A stretch of 64,000 bases of DNA. Source: Octopus sinensis. Lineage: Eukaryota. The notes beneath the pieces were generated by a model. The model searched no databases, was not told the DNA's origin, and worked only from the letters and a program-made list of their open reading frames with translations. Below, piece after piece: positions 1-10,770 of this stretch (position 1 is the stretch's first letter; every line of letters starts with the position of its first letter). Location: contig NC_043002.1 of the NCBI RefSeq assembly GCF_006345805.1, positions 77,872,001 to 77,936,000 on the forward strand, in the 5' to 3' direction. The position numbers and the translations under genes are program-made.

Positions 1-516
1 AGGTTTCAACAGCTTTCAATATTTCATAGCAAAGTCAGATTGCATAAAAGATGCACAAGCATATTAGATGTGCCCCAATTTCAGTAGTGCATATTCAGGA
101 GGAAAAAAGTTTTAGTGCATTAAAGCATGTAATATAGGACCAACTTTGAATATACGGTCCAGGATGGGTTTTTTGAAACACTAATTTTTCTGTCTTATAT
201 GCCATCAAATACTATTGTGTTTAAACAGATAACAGATGAGCCAGTTTTCAATTTGCTAAATATAGCAGCTAAAACTTCTCACATTATACTGAATCAGTTA
301 AAAATCAAAACAAAAAAAATAGGATGATCACAGCTTAAATACTTTTTGATCACTGGTCTCTTAAATCAGAGCTGACCTTGGACTGAACAGCATTTTAAGT
401 TTCCTCTTCGCATCCGTCACTATCACTATCAATTTCTCTTGTTATGTCTATCATTTGCTTCTTGCTACTGAATGCATTGGTATGTCATAATTTCTCATCT
501 GTAATTGTTGCATATA

Positions 517-857
517 GTGAAGACACATGGCTCAGGGGTTAGAGCATCGAGCTTACAATCGTGAGGTTGTTAGTTCGAATCCTGGACTGGGCTGTGTGTT
601 GTGTTCTTGAGCAAGACACTTTATTTCTCATTGCTCCAGTTCACTCAGCTGTAGAAATGAGTTGCAATGTCACAGGTGTGAAGCTGTATCGGCTGTTGCC
701 TTTCCCTTGGATAACACTGGTAGCGTGGAGAGGGAAAGCCGGTATGCATGGGCGACTGCTGGTCTTCCATAAAAACAACCTTTCCCAGACTTGTACCTGG
801 GAGCCTAACTTTCTAGGTACAATCCTACGGTCAGTCATGACCAAAGGGGGTCTCAGC
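517..857 (+). mobile_element. tRNA-derived SINE (family C here)
   Basis: A-box-like TGGCTCAGGGGTTAGAGC, B-box GTTCGAATCC, and core TGTTCTTGAGCAAGACACTTTA shared with copies at 32479, 40825, 53062 and 60387. Flanking direct repeat aattgttgcat.t.gtga at 503-520 and 858-875. Confidence 0.85.
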
Positions 858-1513
858 AATTGTTGCATCTTGTGAAATCAGATTCTGGACAAACAGAACA
901 AAAACTTAAAGCTTTTTTTTTTTTTACGACTCCTCTCAGTGAAGAAAGAGCACCATCCATGGTCCTTTTCAGGGCCTCTGAGACTAATGGAATAAAGTTA
1001 TGCTCAAACTGGAAACCTGGCCCAAATGCTTGCAACAAAGTGACTTGAATGTACCCAAAGGCCAAGTAGTGATGTTAAACTGGATAATAAATTATGGTTA
1101 TTGTTGATTGTGACATTCATTCCAGCTCTTTACATCCCAAATTAAAATCCTACTACGGTCAAATTTTACTTTTCATCTCTCCAGTCTTGATGAGGTCAAT
1201 TAACTACCTTTCCCTAAAAACAACTTGCTTTGTTCCTCAATCAGACACCATTGTTGTTGTTATTTCAAATTCTGCCTAAGCGAGCAGGCCAATATATATA
1301 TATAATGTGTGCGTGTACCAGAAACATCTTGTTGCTCAATTTTAATTTCATTTAAAAGACAGTAATTTGTTATTGGCTCTTTAACATCCTTCGAACCTTT
1401 ATCTAAAAGCAGCAGAATCTAGTTTCAAACAAATATAAAGATGTGCAATTGCTTTAGATGTTTAATAATAGTTGAATGAATTATTAAAGATAAAATTTTG
1501 TCACTCTAATTAA

Positions 1514-1597
1514 CCTTTGATTTCTGGTAGATGCTTTAAAGATCAATAATGTACTATTGAACTTTACAAGACTGAGGCTTCTACCAGATATAAAAGA
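1514..1597. mobile_element. Small TTAA-flanked fold-back element (putative MITE)
   Basis: TTAA at 1510-1513 and 1598-1601. The arms cctttgatttctggtagatgc and gcttctaccagatataaaaga are reverse-complementary with few mismatches. Confidence 0.5.
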
Positions 1598-1914
1598 TTA
1601 ATGGAAGTTGAATGCCAATACGAAGTGACATTAAATAGTCTTAACATATTTTTGTTACGTTTTATCACAAACATCTCATTTCATTTCTGATCAACTATTA
1701 TATTCTAAATTATTGCCTACAGATGTGTTCATGAATTATATGAAATCTTTGGACATAACAATTTGCTTGCCTAAAGTTTCACACCTAATTGGGAATTATT
1801 GTTTTTCTTTTCTTTCTTTCTTTTTTTAAATACTATTTATAATGGCAAGATCAATAGATGTTTTGCAGACAATATACCATTAGATCTCACAATATTTAGA
1901 CAAACCAACAACAG

Positions 1915-2525
1915 TGCCACTGTGTGGTCACTAGACATACTAGAAATAAGTCAAATCTCTCTTACAGGACACATAGAATAATATAGGCTAGGGTACACTT
2001 AATATTTTATAAAAAGTGGAAAGGTCACCACTGGAATATGTGATCATAAGTCTGTTTGATAAGGGCTGACTTACTACTACTAAAACTAATTTAGATGAGC
2101 CAATGCAGGAGCCACTATGTAGAATTAGCCGCCAAATTTCTCTCAAATCATACTGAACTATCCTGAGAAAGGAAAGGATGCATTGAATAATGTGATTGTA
2201 CAAACCCCTAAAAAGACAAGTTCATCATAGATCTGCACAATCAGGCTCACCTAGGACTAAACAACCATCACCACAGTATTCCTTTTTTTCTTTTACTATC
2301 CGTTGACTCTCTTTATCCTCTTAGTTCATATTCTCTTTTTTCAGAATTGGATTGTTGATGTTGCTTAGCAATAGATCAATTCTGATTGGACAAACCTATG
2401 TCCTTCCTATCATGCCCATCTCATTTTTTGCAAAGGAGTGAATCTAGGACCAAATTTAACCATGTCTTTTAAAATGTTGGGCATGTGATTTGAGGAAAAT
2501 TTGGCTGCTATTCCTAGCAGATTGG
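1915..2525. repeat. Cluster of decayed copies of an unclassified dispersed repeat (TGCTAGAAATAGCAGCCAAATCT...GGCTAAACAAC family)
   Basis: Two + copies (~1915-2080, ~2110-2270) and one - copy (~2345-2525). Similar motifs at ~255-395, ~23335-23510, ~44220-44350, ~59460-59640 and ~60130-60300. Confidence 0.6.
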
Positions 2526-3931
2526 TTCGTCTCAGAAGTGGGCTATTTCAAAATGATAAACTCCTCGTTATTAAGTGGTTAATGAAGATATCAGATGAAT
2601 TAAATAGCCAGACCACATTCTGAATTCAAAATCTACAACTGTTGTCTTTTTGTCTTTTAAGCTGTTAAAAGTTAAACTGAGCTAAAGGAAAATAGCTTAA
2701 GTGAACTAATGGTATGAATTTAGAAAAGGGGTGATATAGACAGAATAATAAAATATGGTGTGATGCAGAGAAAATAATTTTCAATTATAACTGAAATTAG
2801 CCTCTTGGTTCAGAGAAAGAAAACAAAATCTTAGTGATGAAATAATAAAGAATTCATAAAAGTAACATAGATGCTTAGGGAAAATTTCTGGTCTTTGCTG
2901 ACTAAGTTACTGGTAGGTTTCAGTTTTATTGGCCCTCATCATCTAAACATTCTACTTGATTTTGCTTTAACCAGTTGACTCAGGTGAGCCTATGGTATAA
3001 GGGGTGATGCAATGAATGGCTTGTAGGTGTAGTATTGCCAAATGGTTAAGAAGTTTGCATCACAGCCACAAGATCTCGGGTTTGATCTCTTTGTATGGCA
3101 TCTTGGATAAATGTCATTTTCTATAAGCATTATGTTGATCTTTACCTTGTGGGTAAAATTGGGTAGATAGAAACTGTATTGAAACCTGTTGGGTAACTAA
3201 TTCAGAAAAGTGCAACCTTGTCATACACTGTGTTACACTGATTCTGCCTGGGAATTATGTTAAGAGCACATATGTCTGTAGAATGGTCAGCCACTTACAT
3301 GTTAATTCAGGAACAGATAATTCAGCTGGTTGAACAAGCCAGTCCTCCTCATCAAATAACAAGGATTGACTTAAGCAAAAAATTTTAATGAATTGAAGTT
3401 TACTTAGTTGGAGAAGGAAACTCTCAAATAAAAAGGAGATAACAAGGCAATGCAATGCAATGCTGATGCAGTCCATTAAAATTGAAAAATCTGTCGTGTT
3501 TCCTTTTCTTGCAAAAAAAAAAAAAAATTCAGATTTACCTCTAAGTATATTGATTATTTTTGTGAATTTAATTGTTGACTTCTTGAAGTGGTGTCACATT
3601 TTCTTTGAGAGTCACTAGCACTTAGTGCTCTTTTTTTTTTTTTTTTTTTTTTTCCCCACATTTAAAAAAAAAAACAAATTTCAGTTACTTGAAAATATTT
3701 TGTGTACATACCAACTTAATTTGTCTTATGTATCAGTGGGTTGATTATGAAATAGTAATAAAATACACATAGTCCAAATTATAAAAAAGGTAGGGAAGGG
3801 GGTCCAATTGTCATAATCCCCACTTGAAAAATCAAATATAAAATGTTAATGATAAATGAATGAGTTGATAAATATTAAATACTTTTTTCTTTTTCTTTTC
3901 TGAGACAACTGAAATGTGAAGGCTACTTTAA

Positions 3932-4152
3932 CCCTTTCATTACTGTATTTATTTTGAAATGCTCTGTGTTTCTTTCAATTATTTTAAATATAACAAAGAA
4001 TTTAGTAAAATAATTTAATTATTATTAAGCTAGCATTAGGAACATAAATTGCGACTAAGGTTTGGTGGAAGATTTTAATGAAAAACTTATGTAAACAAGA
4101 CATTTGTACTACAGAGCCAGAGCTGGTTTTGGCCGGGTTGGTAACAAAAGGG
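3932..4152. mobile_element. piggyBac-family MITE (221 bp)
   Basis: TTAA TSDs at 3928-3931 and 4153-4156. TIRs CCCTTTCATTAC / GTAACAAAAGGG. Highly similar second copy at 6117-6333. Confidence 0.9.
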
Positions 4153-4972
4153 TTAAGCAAGAATGATTAAAGTAATCTATATTATTATTCTGCTTGCTGT
4201 GAAATCCATGTGTTTATTAACACTGTAAACAACCTTAACTACAGGATAAAATTGAAGACATAATTAAAATGCTTAACATAATGGAGAAGTATTATAAAAA
4301 CCTAGAAATTTATTTTTCAAGATGAAGATATGATTTACAAAGCATGGAATTCCAGTGAGTCAGTTTGTAATTATAACTGAGAGACACAATGGCTGGTATG
4401 TTCAGGTACAGGTTTACTGGGTTATAGATTACAAGATCATATCTTTGTTTCAGTCATTACATTTCAACTATTGGAAGAAACTTCTCAATTTGACGAGTCT
4501 GATAAATAGGCTCCATGCTTAATTAGCTTAGTTTAGATGATAAAAGGAAAAACAAATAGTATAACAGCATATCTGTGTGTGTGTATGCATGTGTAGTGCT
4601 TGCTTTACACATATGAGGAGAGAAAAATTTACCACAATTTTCTACTTGAAATTGGTTTCTAAGTTAAGATTAAGGTACTACTCACTTCCTTGAAAGTTTG
4701 TTAAAATATCTAATACTTTATCATCAAAAAATTTTTATCTTTGTTTCTGGAGCATCGTATAAAAAACTGAATTTAATCACTTATATCTAACCTTAATTTG
4801 GGTTATTCATCATCTTTAGATCCCTAAACGTTATCTTATTGTCTTGTTTCTTCTAAGCAACCTTAATGTGTACTTTTATATCTTTTATGATGCCACCTCG
4901 CAGAGTAAGCTTTGTGGTGGGGGGGGGGGTACAAATTACATGTTAGTATTTCTTTTTTAAAAAAAATTATAA

Positions 4973-5974
4973 TTACTTCTGCCTTGGCAAAGGCAGAGGT
5001 ATTGTTTTCAGTCATGTTTGTTTGTCTGTGGACAAGATATCTCAAGAACCACTAGATGGATTCAGATGAAACTTTCAGGAATGTTTAGATTTTAGAATCG
5101 ATCCTGTACCAGACAGGGATTTGGGATTATTTGTTATATTTACTTTACATGAAGTTGAAGTATTGCAAGTCTTTCTTGATTATCTTCTTGAAAGCACAAT
5201 CATGGCTTCCACATAATTTATGGCGGTGTTGCTGTTGCCAAAGTTTTCTTTTCGTTTCTCTATTAATTTTACTCACATCTCTTAGTAGAAACTGGTGGAT
5301 AAAGAAATGAAACTACATAAACAAATGGCAGCAAAACTATTCAGAAATTAAATAACACTAACATATTCAGTAGCAATAATAAATTTAATTTATCTTTGAC
5401 AATTTTTAGTTTTACCAATTTTGAATATATCGTTTCTGTTTAAAATCTCTTACCTAATTGACAATTGCATTTCTAACTCTGCCTTGAAGGAAGCTTTACT
5501 TCTTGGACTCACGTTTTTGTGCGCAACGATGTTGCCAAACTTCCGTTAACAGCACTGTATGCAGGTCCTTTCTGTTTTCTTTCACGCACAGATAAATTTT
5601 TCCCTGTAGACCTTAATGGTCGTAAAGGCACTATATCAGTGGATAGGCTAAAAAAAAGCCTTCATAGAGAAATCTTGCCAATGTTCTCACTACAGACAAC
5701 ACACACACAGCATTACAAACACGGCCCACACACCCACCTTCACAATCCATGACTACCAATGGAATCAATCGGATACCAAACAAGGGTTCTGGGTTATTTT
5801 TCCAGTTTTTTACTTAACTTTTGAGAGTGGTTGGGTTCATTTTTAGTATATCCGTTTGTGAGAGCAATCAAGTTTATTTCAGATATTCTCATTTTAAAAA
5901 TCATCTCCAGCTAATCGTTTAGAGGATGTTGGTATTGTCTTGATGGAAGTTTGCACTCTATGAGTGCTCTTGTT
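4973..5974 (+). mobile_element. Non-autonomous Helentron/HINE (DINE-1-like) element with internal cargo
   Basis: 5' TTACTTCTGCC with nearby inverted copy GGCAGAGGTA (4992-5001), short GTTT/GTCT repeat, decayed 3' sub-TIR (gatggaagt 5942-5950), terminal hairpin GCACTC-tat-GAGTGC (5953-5967), T-rich ends, no TSD. Confidence 0.6.
5508..5660 (+). pseudogene. Ty3/gypsy integrase C-terminal (GPY/F) fragment
   Basis: Reads HVFVRNDVAKLPLTALYAGPFCFLSRTDKFFPVDLNGRKGTISVDRLKK, matching the HVFVRxD..PL..PYxGPF/Y...VSxDRLKP pattern. Confidence 0.8.
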
Positions 5975-6054
5975 CTTTCTGATTTCATTTTGTTTGTGAA
6001 GAAGTGTTTCTCTATATGTTACTATTAGTTGTTTTAATCCTTTAGATTATTTAG

Positions 6055-6495
6055 CCCTTTTGATGTCAACCCATCTGAGACTATCCCTGGTGTTATGATA
6101 CACCTTCATGTTTTAACCCTTTCATTACTGTATTTATTTTGAGATGCTCTGTGTTTCTCTCAATTATTTTAAATATAACAAAGAATTTAGTAAAATAACT
6201 TAGCATTAAGCTAATGTTAGGAACATTAATTGTGACTAAGGTTTGATGAAAGATTTTAATTCAAAACTTATACAAACAAGGCATTTCTACTACAGAGCCA
6301 GAGCCGGTTTCAGCCAGGCTGGTAACGAAAGGGTTAAAATAGTCTAAATTAAAACCTTCCATCAAAATTCCAAGTTAATTTATGTTCCAAACACCAGCTT
6401 AATAACAAGTTATTTTTTCAAAATTTTTCGATAATTTTGAAATTAATTGAAACAATTGCAATGTGTATTTTAACAAAAATATAGTAAGAAAAGAG
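6055..6495. mobile_element. Older piggyBac-family MITE interrupted by a younger related MITE
   Basis: Left ttagCCCTTTTGAT, right GTAAGAAAAGAGttaa (TTAA 6496-6499). The right end resembles the right end of the piggyBac at 19270-19333. Confidence 0.7.
6117..6333. mobile_element. piggyBac-family MITE (217 bp), nested
   Basis: TTAA TSDs at 6113-6116 and 6334-6337. TIRs CCCTTTCATTAC / GTAACGAAAGGG. Same family as 3932-4152. Confidence 0.9.
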
Positions 6496-9362
6496 TTAAG
6501 TCCACACAGCTATGGCCATACTTCAACACCACAATTAGTGGTGCTTATCTCTTGTAATGAATTAGAAATGGATAAAATGCTTTGCCGTTTTTACTCTCTC
6601 TCTCTCTCTGCATTCAAATACTGCTGAGGTCATTCATCATTGCTTCCATCTTTTGGCAGTTACTAAAAATAAATTGTACCGGTCTAGTATTTAGGTTGAT
6701 CTTTCTCTCTCTCTCTCACACCCACACACAAATCAAATAGTCAGATATGAAGAAGGATGAGCTTCACCAAGTTTATATGCCCAAACATGCCATGTGTCTT
6801 GGCAGTGCTGCCTCAATTCCATCAGAAGTTGAAGGCACAAGCCATCACTGTTTTTTATTTTAAGTTATGATTTTTTTTTCCCCTGTGGATGTGCATATGT
6901 ATGTTATCTAAACTTCTAGCTTTTTCGTATGTGAAAGAACAACAGAAATCCATTGATGATAGTTGAAATAGTATTTTACTGTTTTTCTTTCTTTGATTTC
7001 TAATTTCCAAAAAGCCAGTTCTAATAAAGTAAGGCATTATTTACTTTTAACTATTTTCATTGCTACCAAACATGTCAGAGGTGTGTGCCATACTCTTTAT
7101 GTGGATCATAAGTTCTATAGAAACTTTCACCACCCCCTCATTTAAGCAAGCAAATAAATAAATAGGTTTTTATTATGTATTTTCTCTGCCAGACATTCAA
7201 CTATGCCATTTTAGGAGTGGTTATTGCTCATTGAAACTTATAAATTGAACTCATTTCTCAACAATTAATATGAAATTCTCTCTCTCCTCTCTCTTTATTT
7301 TTGTTTTATTCATTCACAAACAGTGTATAATAGTGTCTAATAAAGTAATTTAGTATACACATTTGATCATTTTATCCAAATAATCTGCAATGGCTTAGAA
7401 ATAAATGCTTAAGCAAAAGAAAAGTAGTTTCATAATACATTAAATAAAGTAGTTAATTGCCAGGTGTCTCTGTGTATGTATGCGTGTGTGTGTACATTTA
7501 TATATATTTGTGTGTGTGTCTGAGTTTTCTATTATCACCAATTTATGGACAAATCTATTCACATTCAGCTTTGCCATATTAAACATTAAAGAGACAAAAA
7601 TTGGAGAGCAACCATTTTTGCTCTTATCCATATCTGGTTAAACCAGTGCAGTCATACTTAATGTACTGAGCTGTGTGTGTGTGTGTTTTTTTTATTTTTG
7701 TGGCCACCCCTCCTCACTGCTGTTAGGATGGGAAACATTAGCTGAATGCTAAACTCTAATCAAAAAGACAACTCCGAAAATCCTAATTAAAACCAGAATA
7801 AGGTATGTGATGATAGAAGAAAACATTTGCTTCATCAAGGACAGTGATAAATAACTCCAGAGATGCTTCAATTTAGTTGGACAGCTATAGCAAAACATAG
7901 CCATTTTGGAACTTGCTGTATTAATGTACATAAGTTGGCTTGTTCAGAGAGTTAATTTCCATGTCATAATGTTATCTGTTTGTCTACTTATTTGTATGTC
8001 TGTCTTCATATTCATCTGTTTACCTGTCTACCCTGTTTCTGTCTGTCTATCCATACACTCATACAGATTTAAAAGGTTTCATTTGTTTACAATAGCCCAG
8101 TGTGGGTGTGTATTCATGTAGACAATTCTAGAATATGCAGAATATGTGTGGATTCAACATATATTTCCTTCAGAATATTCATAAATTGAAATATAGCAAT
8201 TGTGACTCAGTTTTACGCTGGAGCAATCTCCAAACAACTGTTGTCTAGAAACTGCTCCAGCATGTAACTGACTCATAACTGCTATACAAATTACTAAAAA
8301 CCTTCTTCCCCTTGTTTTCATTTTCTTTTTTCTCCCCATGCACCAACACACATATATTTGTGGTGTGCGCACACATACACATACCACTAAAGAGATATCA
8401 GAATCAATTTATATAGAAAAAAAAACTGTTTATATGCATTTCTTTGTTTGCTTTGGTTGGAGAATTATTCATTCATATTAATTATTTTACTGTTGAATGC
8501 CCCTTCCGAATGTTAATTACTTGGCTAAGAGGTGGGAGTCAGCACCTGTTTTCATTCAGGTTTTTCAGAGCCTAGGTTTTATCATATCACCTACTACCTT
8601 AACTACTCTACAATTATATTTCTGTGAAAGAATTTGTCTTAAGGAACAATGTTGCTGCCTATATAAGGCTATAGTCTCAAACTTTCCTTCAGGTTAGAAC
8701 TGCAACTGGTAGTAGTGAATAGTCTTGGACTTTACTGCTTAATGGCTCATATTAAGTCACCACTATTGCTCACTTTCCTTGTACAGCTAATGAATCTATT
8801 AGGTTCATTAACTGTATACACACACACACATTTGTGTGTTGATAAACTTATGTATTTTGTGGTATGTTTGAATGTTTTAGCATAAAAACAAGGAAAGAAT
8901 GTTTAATACAAAATATAGTGTTTATTAGAAGCTGAAAACATCACAAATTTTTACTTTGAAATTCTTGTTTCTGATAGGAATGGCTATAGCCCAAAGTTGA
9001 CCAAAGCCTTGTGAGTGGTAATTAGCAGATGGAAACTGAAGGAAGCTCATATGTGCATTTATTTCCATTTTCACATCTAACCCATGCTAGCATGAAAATA
9101 TGGACATAACAAGTGATATATATGTACGTACTAGCTCTCCAGGTTTATTGATATCTAAAATATTATCATCTGGATCCACTCTCTGTTGGAATAAGTTGGA
9201 ATAAAACAATGCTGACAATCTTCAATTGGTTAGGGAATGTTGATTTGCTCAGAATTTTTGCATCCACGTAATTCAGAAAAGATGATTATGGTTAAACTTT
9301 ATGAAAGTGGATAAATAAATATAGAATCTAAAGTAAAATTTTAGATTAATTATTTGTCATAA

Positions 9363-9712
9363 CAAGAAGTTTGCTTTCCCAACCACATGGTTCTGGGTTC
9401 AGTCCCACTTCATGGCACCTTGGACGAGTGTCTTCTGCTATAACCTTGGACAACCAAAGCATTGTGAGTGGATTTATTTGACAGAAACTGGAAGAAGCCC
9501 ATTGTGTGTATGTGTGTTCGTCTTTGTCCCCCACTACCACTTGAAAACTGGTGTTGGTTTGCTTACATTGCCCATAACTTAACAGTTCAGCAAAAAGAGA
9601 TCAATAGAATAAGTACCAGATTTTTTAAAAAAAGTACTGGAGTCAACTTGTTTGACTAAACCCTCCAGGGCAGTGCCCCAGCATGGCCACAGTTAAATAA
9701 CTGAAACAACTA
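9363..9712 (+). mobile_element. tRNA-derived CORE-like SINE (family A), 5' truncated
   Basis: GGTTCAGTCCC B-box, CACCTTGGACGAGTGTCTTC core, 3' end CAGCATGGCCACAGTTAAATAACTGAAACAA followed by an A-tail. Homologous to 41292-41660. Confidence 0.85.
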
Positions 9713-10010
9713 AAAAAAAAAAAAATAAAAGATTGTCTTTTACCAATGTCTCATTGCAGCATTTGTGGTTAACCAATATTACTTTTCTCTCTGGAGCTAA
9801 AATCAACAAATTTCTGAAGATACATAGAGTATGACTTTCTTTGAAAAATAGTTTGGTTTTTGCAAAATTTCAGCTACCTAGGTCCAAATCCGTAACCTAA
9901 AACTTAAAACATGCATGCAGACTCATATCCATATGTACTTAGGATTACAGCAGTCTTTTTCAGTAGTTTTGGACGAGGTCCTCATGTGCTTAATTCCAAT
10001 ACAAGAGTTA

Positions 10011-10048
<38 letters not shown>

Positions 10049-10054
10049 ACATTA

Positions 10055-10324
10055 TTTATATATATTATATTAAATTAGAAATAAAACCACTATTAGGCAA
10101 ATCAAACAATGAAAAACTTAAGCCAATACATAAAATTAATTAATTTATATTATTTTAAATATATATCAAAAGTATTAAAAGTTTAATAAAAGATAATGAG
10201 TAAAACACTACGATCATTTGATGGCTGTCCAATTCGTAATAATTCGAGTTATGGTTACAGTCAATCTTCAGGTAATTGAAATATTTATCTTAGCGAGGTT
10301 TAGCTAAACCTCGCTAAGATAAAT
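10055..10324 (-). mobile_element. Putative Penelope-like element 3' remnant (pLTR) with degenerate hammerhead motif
   Basis: Minus strand reads CTGAAGA-stem-(C)AAA-TGATCG-TA, followed by an AT-rich 3' region that runs into a (CA)n/(TA)n tract. The 5' truncation point is a perfect 42-bp palindrome. CpGs are retained, unlike the flanks. Confidence 0.5.
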
Positions 10325-10556
10325 GTACAAGTAGATGGAAGGGGTACTGGAGTCTAGTTTGAAATGCTCACTGCAGTCTGAATTCTTTAAATGACACTCA
10401 AGTCCAGGTGGTGTGTTATGTCTTTTGTATAACGTTGAAGATTTCAAGTGGTGTTGCTATGACATAACCTATTACAAGAGTCACTTCCCCATAAAAATAT
10501 GGTATGTGCCTAATTGGGAAGAGAAGCAACAATCTCACTTTAAAATCAAGTTACTT

Positions 10557-10770
10557 GCAAAGGCAGCAAGCTGGTAGAATTATTGGCATACTGGACAAAA
10601 TGCTTAATGGCATTTCTTCTAACTTTGCTCTGAATCCAAATTCCACCAATGTTGACTTTACCTTTCCTCTTTTCAAGGTCAATAAAATAAGTATCGTTTA
10701 AGCACTGGAATCTGTAGTAAACTATCTTCTCCCACAAAACTCCAGTCCTTGTGTCTACAGTGAAAAGAAA
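10557..10770 (+). mobile_element. tRNA-derived SINE (family B), decayed
   Basis: Head AAGGCAGCAAGCTGGTAGAAT and core GTTGACTTTACCTTTCCTCTTTTCAAGGTCAATAAAATAAGTA, similar to 57334-57567. Confidence 0.7.
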
